Shown: positions 9,806 through 19,662 of the stretch, piece after piece
How the letters are laid out: every line of letters begins with the position of its first letter
Numbering within the stretch: the stretch's first letter is position 1
Origin: a virus
Taxonomy: Duplodnaviria > Heunggongvirae > Uroviricota > Caudoviricetes > Crassvirales
IMG/VR virus record: IMGVR_UViG_3300037280_000040
Coordinates: 20,379 to 84,378 of that record
Strand: one strand, 5' to 3'
DNA length: 64,000 bases
Position numbers and translations under genes: made by a program
Notes under the pieces: generated by a model
Databases searched by the model: none
The model's input: the letters and a program-made list of their open reading frames with translations, nothing else
Told to the model about the DNA's origin: nothing

Positions 9806-10677
9806 TATAATACTTTTTCTAATTCTGCATCATAACCATCAAATGTACCTCTTATTATAGCTAAATCAATAGTAGAATCTAATTCTCCCATCATTTTAGT
9901 ATAAAGAATTAAATCAGTATATTCTAAAGACTCTTCACTACCATATCTTATACCTAACATAGCAAATACATCTGCTAATCCAGTAAATCCTACTCCAGCT
10001 CTTCTACCTTTTTTAGCAGTTTCTTGGATTTTAATCCATAAATCTAATTCTAATATATCAGGTTCTTCTGCTCTACTAATATGGTCTATAATTCTATCAA
10101 TTGCTTCAACTTCTAAATCAATTAAATCATCTGCTAATCTCATTGTTTTATAAGCTACTTCATATAACTTATCTGTCTCAAATTGAGCAGAATCTGTATA
10201 AGGATTAGATACAAAACTAGCTAAATTAATATGAATTAATCTACAAGAATCATAAGGTTGCATAAAGATTTCACCACAAGGATTTGTTGTAACTCCTCTG
10301 TATTGAGGATATACTCCATCAGGACTATAATCATGATGATTATCTTCAAACATAATTCCTGGCTCAGCAGTATTCCAAGCACAATGTACTAGAGAATTCC
10401 ATAATTCTTTTGCTTTTACTTTCTTAAACCATAATGGATTTAAACTATTTTGAGCTGAATATAACTCATTATAATTAAAATCTCCTATAATCATATTAGC
10501 TCCTGCATTAATAGGAAACTGTTGTATAAAATCTTTATTTTTATCTACTGATTCCATAAATTCAGTAGTAAGCTTTACTGATATATTAGCACCAGTAATC
10601 TTATCTAAATTCTGTTTAGAAGTAATAAAATCTCCACTATCAGGATGTACTATACTAATAGTTTCCATTAATGCCCC
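9805..10677 (-). CDS. Ribonucleotide reductase large subunit, middle exon with the active site
   Basis: The NPCGEI active-site motif and RRAGVGFTGLADVFAMLGIRYGSEESLEY match RNR alpha. It joins in frame to exon 1 as GGRR|GALMETISIVHPD. Confidence 0.7.
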   Translation of the reverse strand, partial: GALMETISIVHPDSGDFITSKQNLDKITGANISVKLTTEFMESVDKNKDFIQQFPINAGANMIIGDFNYNELYSAQNSLNPLWFKKVKAKELWNSLVHCAWNTAEPGIMFEDNHHDYSPDGVYPQYRGVTTNPCGEIFMQPYDSCRLIHINLASFVSNPYTDSAQFETDKLYEVAYKTMRLADDLIDLEVEAIDRIIDHISRAEEPDILELDLWIKIQETAKKGRRAGVGFTGLADVFAMLGIRYGSEESLEYTDLILYTKMMGELDSTIDLAIIRGTFDGYDAELEKVL

Positions 10678-11657
10678 CTATTTGGACTATATCACACCTT
10701 AATTTAATAATTAAGGCTTGGGTTCTAATTCTGGTTATTAAGGGAAACCAATTTCCCTCCAGTAGTCTCTACACCTTCTATAGAATGGTCTATAGCTCGG
10801 CTCGGTATTGCATTATCACTAATGGTTTCACCGAATTCTCCCAATTCAAGACGCAGGGCATTGAATTTATCAAATTTTCTCTTTAATGGTATAAAATCTC
10901 TATCTTGGTATAACCAATCATAGAATTTTAATACATCTTTTTTATTAGAGAATTCTAATACAAAACAATCAGATTTTGTCTTAGGTTTAATAGAAGTAGA
11001 TATCCCTATTTTATATAGTATTTTTTGAGTAGCTAATAAAAGACCATAAGAAGAAGTAAAAGACACTTTTTGCCATATTCTTCCTCTATCTATTCTTTTG
11101 CCCCAAGTTATACAACCATCAGCATCAAATAAACCTTGTATCATATACTTTTCTAAACTATTTTTTAAAATAGGAAGATTTCTTTCTTTTTTAAGAGTAT
11201 TTCCTAAAAATTTAGATAATCCATTTATCTTTCTAGTAATACTAACATCAGGGAATTTTTTAGTAATTTCATTTCTAGTTAAATCTTCAAATGTATTACA
11301 TCCTAATATATTACCTAAAAAATCAATCAATTCTTTATCCCTATGTTGTAGTACTAATTGTACCATATCATTATTTATATAACTATCAGCAGCTATAAAT
11401 CCAATAAGATAAGCCCATTCTTTTGTTTCTATTTTATCTAAAATTAAAGTTGGATTTTTTTTATGAATCATTAAATTAGTTAATTCATACTTTTTAATCC
11501 AATATCTTAAAGATAAAGGTAATAACCCTAAATCTCTTTCTATTTGTCTTACACTTTTTCCCTCTAATAGGAAATTTGATAATTGTTCTTTTGTAATATT
11601 ACATACTCTATTCATTTTCTGTATATATTTAATTAAAATTTAATTAAGAACTTGTTT
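10678..11657 (-). mobile_element. Group I intron in the RNR gene, carrying a LAGLIDADG endonuclease ORF
   Basis: The R-like element is at plus 10762-10774 and the S-like element, GUGAUAUAGUCC, at plus 10684-10695. The core is homologous to the PolA intron, and the variable hairpin shows compensatory changes (ctatag/ctatag here, ctactta/taagtag there). Exon 1 ends ...cgU and the intron ends ...AAAUAG. Confidence 0.7.
10725..11615 (-). CDS. LAGLIDADG homing endonuclease, double-motif, encoded inside the intron
   Basis: The two motifs are LIGFIAADS and GLFDADGCI. Confidence 0.7.
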   Translation of the reverse strand: MNRVCNITKEQLSNFLLEGKSVRQIERDLGLLPLSLRYWIKKYELTNLMIHKKNPTLILDKIETKEWAYLIGFIAADSYINNDMVQLVLQHRDKELIDFLGNILGCNTFEDLTRNEITKKFPDVSITRKINGLSKFLGNTLKKERNLPILKNSLEKYMIQGLFDADGCITWGKRIDRGRIWQKVSFTSSYGLLLATQKILYKIGISTSIKPKTKSDCFVLEFSNKKDVLKFYDWLYQDRDFIPLKRKFDKFNALRLELGEFGETISDNAIPSRAIDHSIEGVETTGGKLVSLNNQN

Positions 11658-12224
11658 ACGTCTACCTCCCTGAGCCACTTCTCTAGTGATTTCAGAGTCT
11701 ACTTCCATAAAAGAAACAGGTCCTGTAGAAGTCTTTGCAGCATTGTTTACAAAAGCTCCATTAGGTCTAAGTAAAGATAAATCTTTACCTACTCCTCCAC
11801 GTCTCTTCATAAGTTGAGCTTGCTCAGTTCTTTTAAGCATAATGCCACCATAAGAATCACTAGGTTGTCCAATTACAAAACAATTAGATAATGAACCTAT
11901 TTGAGTAGTATTACCTAACATACTCATTACTGAACCACCTGGAATGACATATTTAAAATTCTTAAATAATCTATAAATATCAGAATATATATCAGCAGAA
12001 GTAGCTTTTAATAAATCTACTTGTAGCTTTTTTCCATAATCTGATAAAGAATTAACATCATAAGATTTATCTGATTGTTTATAATTCCATTCAATCCTAG
12101 TAAACTCTTTTGCCATTCTTTTGTGCATATCATCAGGAGTTATTTCTCCTTCAATAGCATACTTACTTTTCCAAGCTTGTGTAGCTAATTCATCTCCATT
12201 AAAATACTTAAGTATTTCTTTCAT
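11658..12224 (-). CDS. Ribonucleotide reductase large subunit, 5' exon. No ATP cone is present.
   Basis: GSLSNCFV is the first catalytic Cys motif and VAQGGRR follows it. The ORF tail KQVLN* is intron read-through. Confidence 0.7.
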
Positions 12225-12225
12225 C

Positions 12226-13272
12226 TTAGTTTTTTAAAAATAAGTTAGTTATATCTCTTTGTCCATTAGCTTGATAAGAAGCAAATGAATAATCTATTTT
12301 TCCACTTTCTATGTGCCAATTAAATTCAGTTAATAGATTGTACCAACCTTTATAAAGAGTGCCATCTATTGATATTCTATCTCCTGTAATTTTACTGTCT
12401 TTATAAATCCAACACAATGGTTTCTGATTATATCTATTAATACAAATAAACATAAAAGGTAATATCTCAAAATCTTTAAAATATTCATCTTCTGAGCATA
12501 TTTTTCTTAATATATAAGAATACATAGTAGCTTGTAAATCATATCTCCATGCTGTAAAAGAATGTTCAAATTCTTCTTCAGGTTTACCTGTAGTTTTTAA
12601 ATCTATAGGTTGAATAGTTTTTTCTTTATGATTTACTATTACTCTATCAAACATACATCTAATAGATAATTTACTACCAATTATTCTAAATTTAAGTTGA
12701 TAGAAAGCTTCAGTATCTGTATCAAAAGGATTATCATAAAAGAACTTAGATGTAAATGGATGTGTTTTTAATACTTCTATACATTGTTGTGCTCTATTAT
12801 AATCATTTTGAGACATTAAAGTTTTACCATCACATAATGCTAATAATTCAAAATAAGATTGACCCTCTTCTATAATTTTATTAATTCTAGTAGTATCTTT
12901 CCAATTGGTATAGTAATTTTCTTCATTAATGTACATAAGTATAATATCATGATTAACTTTACTAAGATTATTATTAGTCTTATCAGATTTATCCCATATA
13001 TTAGTAATAATTTTGGTAATTACTTCTGTTGGTTTATTAAATTCAGCTATGACAAATTTATCATTAAGTAACTCTGGCTCAGTCATTAATGTATCTGTTA
13101 GTGACCCAAATCTTAAGGCTTCACTATTTTTTTTATCTTTTAAATGAGGTATGCATTTAGCTCCCTCTCTTGCAAACATACTTAGAGTAGAATATGAAAC
13201 TGCTTCACTTGCTCTATATGTTTCTTCATCAACATCCCATGCTAATTCTTTAATACTTTTTCTTTCTAGCAT
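12226..13272 (-). CDS. Putative PD-(D/E)XK family nuclease (exonuclease-like)
   Basis: MFDRVIV...IQPIDLKTTGK fits the D...(D/E)xK core. Confidence 0.4.
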   Translation of the reverse strand: MLERKSIKELAWDVDEETYRASEAVSYSTLSMFAREGAKCIPHLKDKKNSEALRFGSLTDTLMTEPELLNDKFVIAEFNKPTEVITKIITNIWDKSDKTNNNLSKVNHDIILMYINEENYYTNWKDTTRINKIIEEGQSYFELLALCDGKTLMSQNDYNRAQQCIEVLKTHPFTSKFFYDNPFDTDTEAFYQLKFRIIGSKLSIRCMFDRVIVNHKEKTIQPIDLKTTGKPEEEFEHSFTAWRYDLQATMYSYILRKICSEDEYFKDFEILPFMFICINRYNQKPLCWIYKDSKITGDRISIDGTLYKGWYNLLTEFNWHIESGKIDYSFASYQANGQRDITNLFLKN

Positions 13273-13586
13273 AAATCCTCTTCATTAACTATAGGTTCAT
13301 CTTCCTTATCATCTACTCTATACACCTCATCGTCATCATCTTCAATTCTTTGTGCTCTATAAGATATAATCATAGCTAGTAACATCTCTAAATCAGCCAT
13401 ATTTATACTTAAATATTCTTCTTTAGGATTCTCTCCTCTTAGATTATATTCTATTATAACAATAGCAGAATCTACTAAGTTCTGTAACTCAGAAAAGTTT
13501 CTATCATCTAATAATTTTAGACCTATAGTTACATCTGATTTAGGTAAAGAACTTATCAATAATTTTATTTTATCTATTGTTTTCAT
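13266..13586 (-). CDS. Acidic hypothetical protein
   Basis: ORF with an Asp/Glu-rich C-terminus. Confidence 0.35.
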   Translation of the reverse strand: MKTIDKIKLLISSLPKSDVTIGLKLLDDRNFSELQNLVDSAIVIIEYNLRGENPKEEYLSINMADLEMLLAMIISYRAQRIEDDDDEVYRVDDKEDEPIVNEEDLC

Positions 13587-14050
13587 AATTCTTTAATTAT
13601 TTTAATACACTCTTTCATTTGTTTTTTACTATGAGGTTCAAAAAATATAAATTTATCTCCAGTTTTAACAGCTTCTCTCTCTAAATAAGCTAAAAATAGC
13701 TTCTTTTTAAGAGGATAAGTATCATTAGGATTACCTTTTGATTCAATAAATATTTTATATCCTTTATATTCTAAGTAAAAATCAGGAGTATAAGTCATAC
13801 TTATTATTTTCTGATGATTTAAACCAAATACTCTTCTTAGATTTCTTGGCTTATATACATCATAAATTATAAGAGAATTAGAGGGATAAAAACCTTCTAA
13901 TAATACTATTTTAGTAGTCTCATAGCCAAATTTAAAATCTTCCTCTAATTCTAATAACTTATAACAATTGCATTCAAGTTCACTTCTGAATTTTATACCA
14001 TTGTACTCAATTCTTTTAGCATTCTTGACCTTTTTATTTTCTTCTTCCAC
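13583..14050 (-). CDS. Small PD-(D/E)XK nuclease, possibly resolvase or VRR-NUC-like
   Basis: YTPDFYLEYKGYKIFIESKG carries PD...ExK. Confidence 0.4.
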   Translation of the reverse strand: MEEENKKVKNAKRIEYNGIKFRSELECNCYKLLELEEDFKFGYETTKIVLLEGFYPSNSLIIYDVYKPRNLRRVFGLNHQKIISMTYTPDFYLEYKGYKIFIESKGNPNDTYPLKKKLFLAYLEREAVKTGDKFIFFEPHSKKQMKECIKIIKEL

Positions 14051-14678
14051 TGAAAATTTCCTTCTTTAAAGGAGCTAAGATTTTAATAGCTACAATAGCA
14101 TCTACTTCTGACCTAAATAAACCAATTGTATTGGTAGATTTAAGAAATCCTGGTTCAATAAAATAAGGATTACCTGTAGCAGAACTAATAGTATATAATC
14201 TAGGAGAATTACTAATATGGTCAGGATATTGACTATCTAAAGCAACAGCAATTTCTTTAAGTATTAAACTAAAATAAGCACCTTTATTAATATGTTTAAT
14301 TGCTTTTATGTATTCAACAGCTTCTACTATTGTCAAATTTTCACTAGTTCCTGCCACTTTTTTAGCAAGAATAAACTCATAGTGACTAATACTAGTATGT
14401 ACCAATTTAAGTGTATCAGAAATAGCCACACTAAGGTTAGACTTATCTGCTTTTACACGTTCAATATTTGGTTTATATGTAGCTATTTCTTTTTTTCCTT
14501 CTTCTTTAATATTAATTACTTGGATAATTCCTACACTTATAAGAAAAGGAATTGTATCTTCTGATACTATTACTTCTCTATGAGTACTACTAGTATTATC
14601 TTTTGAAGGAGTAATAAGTAAAACAGTATCACCCATAAATACTTCTTTATCATTCCCCTTAAATTTCAGGTTCTTCAT
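14034..14678 (-). CDS. Hypothetical protein (214 aa)
   Basis: ORF. Confidence 0.4.
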   Translation of the reverse strand: MKNLKFKGNDKEVFMGDTVLLITPSKDNTSSTHREVIVSEDTIPFLISVGIIQVINIKEEGKKEIATYKPNIERVKADKSNLSVAISDTLKLVHTSISHYEFILAKKVAGTSENLTIVEAVEYIKAIKHINKGAYFSLILKEIAVALDSQYPDHISNSPRLYTISSATGNPYFIEPGFLKSTNTIGLFRSEVDAIVAIKILAPLKKEIFSGRRK

Positions 14679-15345
14679 ACCATTTTATTTTTAAATTGTT
14701 TTTTAATTTAAGTAAATTATTAATTTTTATAAACACATCATAGTTGGTTTTAACTCCTAATCTAGCATAATAAGCTGGGTGTTTATATTCAAAAACATAA
14801 TTAAGTTCTTGATTTATATAAGGTTTAAAAGTTTTAGCAGTCTCACCAAATAAAACATAAACAATTCCCATATTTTTATCAGATAATTCAGATAATAAGG
14901 AGCTAATAAACGGTCTCCAAAACATTGTATGTGACCCTACTTTATTTGCCTCAACTGTAAGAGCTGAATTTATCATTAGAATACCTTGTTTAGACCAAGA
15001 TTCTAATGTTGTATCAAATATTATAGGATTCATCATAGTACTTTTAGTATAATCAAGTACATTTTCTTTTATTAGTTCTAAAGAGGGACTTAAATTAATA
15101 GTTCCCTCTTTATTACCAAATAAAATTCCAGTAGCTATGTCCTTTTGAGGATAAGGGTCTTGCCCTATCATAACTACTTTTAAATCAGAATAGTTACATA
15201 AATTAAAAGCTTTAAATATATTTGATTGTAAAGGATATACTATAGATTTTGAATATAAAATACCCAATTTCTGTAGTAATTCTAACAATTTATTTTTATC
15301 TATTACTTTCAACCAGTCATTAAAAAAATTCTCTAGTAAATCCAA
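14659..15345 (-). CDS. Uracil-DNA glycosylase (family 1-like)
   Basis: VVMIGQDPYPQ contains the GQDPY water-activating loop. HPAYYARLG sits near the C-terminus. Confidence 0.6.
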   Translation of the reverse strand: MDLLENFFNDWLKVIDKNKLLELLQKLGILYSKSIVYPLQSNIFKAFNLCNYSDLKVVMIGQDPYPQKDIATGILFGNKEGTINLSPSLELIKENVLDYTKSTMMNPIIFDTTLESWSKQGILMINSALTVEANKVGSHTMFWRPFISSLLSELSDKNMGIVYVLFGETAKTFKPYINQELNYVFEYKHPAYYARLGVKTNYDVFIKINNLLKLKNNLKIKWYEEPEI

Positions 15346-16096
15346 CTTCTGAAGTTATAAAGTTAATACTTTCTTTAAGTAACTCATTCATTACAAGATT
15401 AACATTTTCTTTAGGTTTTACAACCTTTTGTAACCAAGAGCTTTTATCCTGAATTTCTATATCAATAGGTAAACCACCATTATAATTACTTTTACTTATA
15501 TAAGTAGGAATAATCTTATTTATAATAGTTTTAGATATTAAATCTTTAGAAGTAAATGCTATAGGATTAACATAAATAGTTCTTTTAATTTGTGCTACTT
15601 TAAACTCACTTATATTATACTTAATAGTAGTCATTAATAATATATTATAATTAGCATCTACTATTAAACCTTTGCCACAAAAGAATTTATCTCCATTAGT
15701 TATAGTAAAAGGTACAAATCTTGCATTAGCATTCTGTTCATATATAAATTTAATAATAGCATCTCCTGTTTTTAATACAGGAGTAATAATATTTTCTCCC
15801 CAAGATAAATCACCTACTTCAGGCATAGGTATTATTACATTTTTAAAATCATTTATCAAAGTTTCAGCTTCTTCTACTGAACTATTTAATATTATACTTC
15901 TATAGTTTAGCATACTTCTCTCAAATATAACTTTTCCAATAGTAGGAATTTCTACACTAGTAGGATATACATTAGTAATTAAAAACTTGGAATATAATCT
16001 ATTATCTACTAATAATCTATTATAATAAGAATTACTACTATTGGAACTATTACTTATAAATACAGCAAACATACGTTCTATAACAGATTCTCTCAT
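15320..16096 (-). CDS. Hypothetical protein (258 aa)
   Basis: ORF directly downstream of the E1/JAB pair. Confidence 0.4.
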   Translation of the reverse strand: MRESVIERMFAVFISNSSNSSNSYYNRLLVDNRLYSKFLITNVYPTSVEIPTIGKVIFERSMLNYRSIILNSSVEEAETLINDFKNVIIPMPEVGDLSWGENIITPVLKTGDAIIKFIYEQNANARFVPFTITNGDKFFCGKGLIVDANYNILLMTTIKYNISEFKVAQIKRTIYVNPIAFTSKDLISKTIINKIIPTYISKSNYNGGLPIDIEIQDKSSWLQKVVKPKENVNLVMNELLKESINFITSEVGFTREFF

Positions 16097-16097
16097 A

Positions 16098-17108
16098 TCA
16101 ATCTACAGTTTTAAAGTACATAGTACTTGCATTATATTCTGTTAAGAATGGTAGAGTTCTATCTATAATAGGATTACATTTATTAGCTATAAAATTTACA
16201 AATAAATTAACCATAGTAGAAGCTATATGATTAGCCATAAAAGTAGTTTGCTTATAAGAGCAAATAGTAGGGTCAGCTTCTTCATCAGAGAATAAGTACT
16301 CATTAGTATATTTATTAATAGAATAATCATCATTACCTTGAATACATAAAATTTGATATTCCTCAGCAGCTAATCTACCATCAATAAATAAAGCATTGGC
16401 TTTTTCATTACCTTTTAATCTCTTAACATGTTTAAGCCAATTAGTAAAGTATACTTTTCTTGCTTGCATATTATCAAATCCACAAATCATAATGTTTTTA
16501 ACTGAATTATCAACAGTATATCTATCATTATAAGTGTAAATCTTATGAAATTTAGAATAAATTCTTATCATATTAGCTATAGCTCCTACTTTACTACTAT
16601 TTATATCTTGAATACTAAATAGTTGTCCAGACAAGTTACCTTCTTCTACAATATCATTATCAAATAAGACTAATTGTTGTATATTTAATCTTGATAATAA
16701 AAATGCTACATAAGAACCAATACCTCCAACACCTGCTAACATTACCTCTGCTTTCTGTATTTCTTCATACCATTCAGCTGAGCTAAATCTAGAAGTTACT
16801 ACATCTACACTTAAAGACTCTGAGTTAACTGGTATTAAATCAGGTATAGGTTCTAATATAGTTGGTACTGGTGGGGCTATTTGTATAGCTTCTCCACTTC
16901 CTAAATCATCTATATCAAAAAATTCTTCAATATCCAAGGATTCTTCAGTATGTGTACCTGTTATTGGTACTGGTACATCTTCTGCTAATTGATTTGTTTC
17001 ATGTAAATATGCTCCTATACTACTAGCATCTATTGCATCTCTACTAGTTCCAGTTGAATCTACTTCCAATGAGTCTAATAATTCATCTATTACTTCATCT
17101 TCATCCAT
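16098..17108 (-). CDS. E1-like (ThiF/MoeB/UBA superfamily) adenylyltransferase with a 115-aa acidic N-terminal extension
   Basis: The nucleotide-binding loop is VMLAGVGGIGSYVAFLLSRLNIQQLVLFDNDIVEEGNLSGQ, encoded at 16717-16736. ICGFDNMQARKVYF matches the E1 D-x-D-N...R motif. Confidence 0.65.
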   Translation of the reverse strand: MDEDEVIDELLDSLEVDSTGTSRDAIDASSIGAYLHETNQLAEDVPVPITGTHTEESLDIEEFFDIDDLGSGEAIQIAPPVPTILEPIPDLIPVNSESLSVDVVTSRFSSAEWYEEIQKAEVMLAGVGGIGSYVAFLLSRLNIQQLVLFDNDIVEEGNLSGQLFSIQDINSSKVGAIANMIRIYSKFHKIYTYNDRYTVDNSVKNIMICGFDNMQARKVYFTNWLKHVKRLKGNEKANALFIDGRLAAEEYQILCIQGNDDYSINKYTNEYLFSDEEADPTICSYKQTTFMANHIASTMVNLFVNFIANKCNPIIDRTLPFLTEYNASTMYFKTVD

Positions 17109-17121
17109 TTTTATTCATTTT

Positions 17122-18411
17122 TTAAATTACATAATTAGAAAGTTCTGTTATAATAGCATTAAGATACTCATTCATAGGAAATTCTTGCAAATAACTTATA
17201 AGAGAAAATGCAGCTATTGCAGCTGTTTTATCTTCATCAAATGAATATAAATTAACATCATCAATATTGAATAAGATAGTTTCAATAAATCCTGAAATAA
17301 AGAAATCAAATGCTTCTTTAGTAGGTAAAATAGCTGTATAAGCTTCTTCCATCCTAGGTATAAAGTTATTTAAATTTATCTTATTATTCTCAGGAACTAA
17401 CATAGACCCCATAACTATTTTTTTAGCTAATAAGTCAGTTAGTTTATCTTGCAATACTGTATCATAAAGTAAAGAGTTATCCTCTTCATCTGTAGCTGTT
17501 TCCTCTTTAGTAGGAACTGTTATTACAGAATCTTTAATCCTTTTGTCTGAAAATTCTTTAATAGGAAATGTTTTAGCAGTAGGAACTTCTCTTACAACAG
17601 GAATCTTAAAATCTCTATTAAAATCCATTTCCTGCATACCTTTAGTAAAGCTATTATTAGGATTATTACCTTGCCAACCTGCTGTACCATTGTACTTATT
17701 AGATTGATATATAGGAGCTCTATAAGCTTCTCTTTTTTTCTTAGCTATTTCATCTAATCTAGCAATAATTTCAGCATTATTATACGCAGGTACATCAATG
17801 ATTACTTTTAATTTAGACCAAATAATTTCTGACTTTTCCTCATCAATTTCAGTTTCTTCAGTATCAGAAATAACACTACCATCAAAAGTTACATATTCAT
17901 ATAACTCTGTTACTTTTGATTTAGATTTAGTTTTAAGAACAGTAGTAACAGCAGCTGTATAAGTACGTCTATTATTTACAATTAATGACACAAAATGATT
18001 ATGACACATTGCTTCTTCTCTCAAAGTATTAGTATCAGTACCACTAAAGAAAGTTTCCATATTATTATGAGAATGGATTAAACCCATACCACAATCTAAT
18101 AGGTCATTTTCTGCCATATATGTAATAATATCAGGTGATTCTGTATACTCTGTATAAGCAGCACTACCAATATCCATAACATAAATATCTTGAGCTAAGA
18201 CATTTAAATTATTTTCTGTAAATGAACCTTCAGTTGTATAAAATAATACTCCTGACCATTCATCTTTATTAATTTTTGAACAAATTAAATCTATTTTGTC
18301 CTGTACCTCTTTTTTAATTGTTAATGAAAAAGGCTTTTGGACTTCCTTGAACCCTATAACTGGTAATTTCTTCTCCTGTATAGGGATGGGTATCTGTGTG
18401 TTTTGTTCCAT
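17122..18411 (-). CDS. JAB/MPN (JAMM) metalloprotease-domain protein with a roughly 290-aa C-terminal extension
   Basis: The JAMM motif is H113-S-H115-x7-S123-x2-D126 (LIHSHNNMETFFSGTD), with HSH encoded at 18067-18075. Glu residues lie upstream in TTEGSF. Confidence 0.65.
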   Translation of the reverse strand: MEQNTQIPIPIQEKKLPVIGFKEVQKPFSLTIKKEVQDKIDLICSKINKDEWSGVLFYTTEGSFTENNLNVLAQDIYVMDIGSAAYTEYTESPDIITYMAENDLLDCGMGLIHSHNNMETFFSGTDTNTLREEAMCHNHFVSLIVNNRRTYTAAVTTVLKTKSKSKVTELYEYVTFDGSVISDTEETEIDEEKSEIIWSKLKVIIDVPAYNNAEIIARLDEIAKKKREAYRAPIYQSNKYNGTAGWQGNNPNNSFTKGMQEMDFNRDFKIPVVREVPTAKTFPIKEFSDKRIKDSVITVPTKEETATDEEDNSLLYDTVLQDKLTDLLAKKIVMGSMLVPENNKINLNNFIPRMEEAYTAILPTKEAFDFFISGFIETILFNIDDVNLYSFDEDKTAAIAAFSLISYLQEFPMNEYLNAIITELSNYVI

Positions 18412-19651
18412 AATTTACGTTACTAATTACTATTATTTTTTTAACTATGTGTTGTACTAATCCTGGATTTAATAAGATTGAGTGGTTATCTACTGTATTC
18501 TCTAAGGTACTTCTTGTAATAGTTATAGGAATTCTATTACCTTTAAAGGTACAGGCAGATTGTCTCTCTGCTTTTTCTATATCACTATCACTAACACTTT
18601 GAGAAACTGACAATACTTTAATAAAAGTAGATGATACTATAGCTTTTACTAATAATCCTGATGCTAACATAGCATTTAAATTAGGAAAAAGAATTCCTTC
18701 TTTATTTTTTTCATTGATATACTTTATAAAAGTATTACTAATTAAAACATTAGTATCAACAAAATTCATAGCTATATTATAAGCATTATTATTAAAATTA
18801 AATGGCAATACATTACTATTAAATAAGTATTCTAAGAATCCAGTGATTATAGGTTTAATACTAAATCCTGGTATATTATTAATTGAAGTATAATTTTGCT
18901 TATCTAAAGTAAAACTTTTATGTTCTCTATAACTAAAATTTCTTTTACCTATATTTTCAAATCTTTGATAAGGAGTTCCTTTAATAGATTCTACTTGAAC
19001 ATATTTAGATAACTCTAGACAGAACATTAACCATTCATCTTCATCATAATGAGTAGTTAATCTTAATATAGTATCTCTAATTGGACCTGAGCCAGTACAA
19101 CATCCTTTAAATAAGTTAAGTTGTGATAATTCAATTTGATGTACATGGGAATGCATATATAAGCTTGCAAGTTCATCTTCTGTATATTCAGCTCTATTAA
19201 ACTTCATAGCTTGTCCTCCCATAGTACCTTCATTATCTATATGGATTCTTGCAAATAACTTATTAATCTCCATATGTTTATCATTCTCATTAGAAATGGT
19301 AACTTTAGGAAAATATACTAATATAAATATTTCTTTAAAATATTCAAATATTATTCTTTCAACAATCTTATTAAAGAATAAATCTAAAATATCAGGATTA
19401 AGGATAGTTTCTATTCCCTTATTAGCTTTTATATTACTATAACAAATAAATTCAGGAGAATCTTCACTATACTTAGAAAAACTAACTATATTTCCTATCT
19501 TTATATCTTTAGCTATGATTGAAAAATCTTCATAACTTAAAATATGCATGTCTACTTTATCTTCTCCAAAAAAATCTGAGAATATAGTAAAAACTTGGTT
19601 AGGAATTCTAACCAAGTCTTTATATTTATTTGTAAGAATCTCTTCTAACAT
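18314..19651 (-). CDS. Hypothetical protein (445 aa). The true start is probably an internal Met, because the 5' end overlaps the JAB gene.
   Basis: Long ORF immediately upstream of the JAB/E1 pair. No motif assigned. Confidence 0.4.
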   Translation of the reverse strand: MLEEILTNKYKDLVRIPNQVFTIFSDFFGEDKVDMHILSYEDFSIIAKDIKIGNIVSFSKYSEDSPEFICYSNIKANKGIETILNPDILDLFFNKIVERIIFEYFKEIFILVYFPKVTISNENDKHMEINKLFARIHIDNEGTMGGQAMKFNRAEYTEDELASLYMHSHVHQIELSQLNLFKGCCTGSGPIRDTILRLTTHYDEDEWLMFCLELSKYVQVESIKGTPYQRFENIGKRNFSYREHKSFTLDKQNYTSINNIPGFSIKPIITGFLEYLFNSNVLPFNFNNNAYNIAMNFVDTNVLISNTFIKYINEKNKEGILFPNLNAMLASGLLVKAIVSSTFIKVLSVSQSVSDSDIEKAERQSACTFKGNRIPITITRSTLENTVDNHSILLNPGLVQHIVKKIIVISNVNYGTKHTDTHPYTGEEITSYRVQGSPKAFFINN

Positions 19652-19662
19652 ACTTTTTCTAC

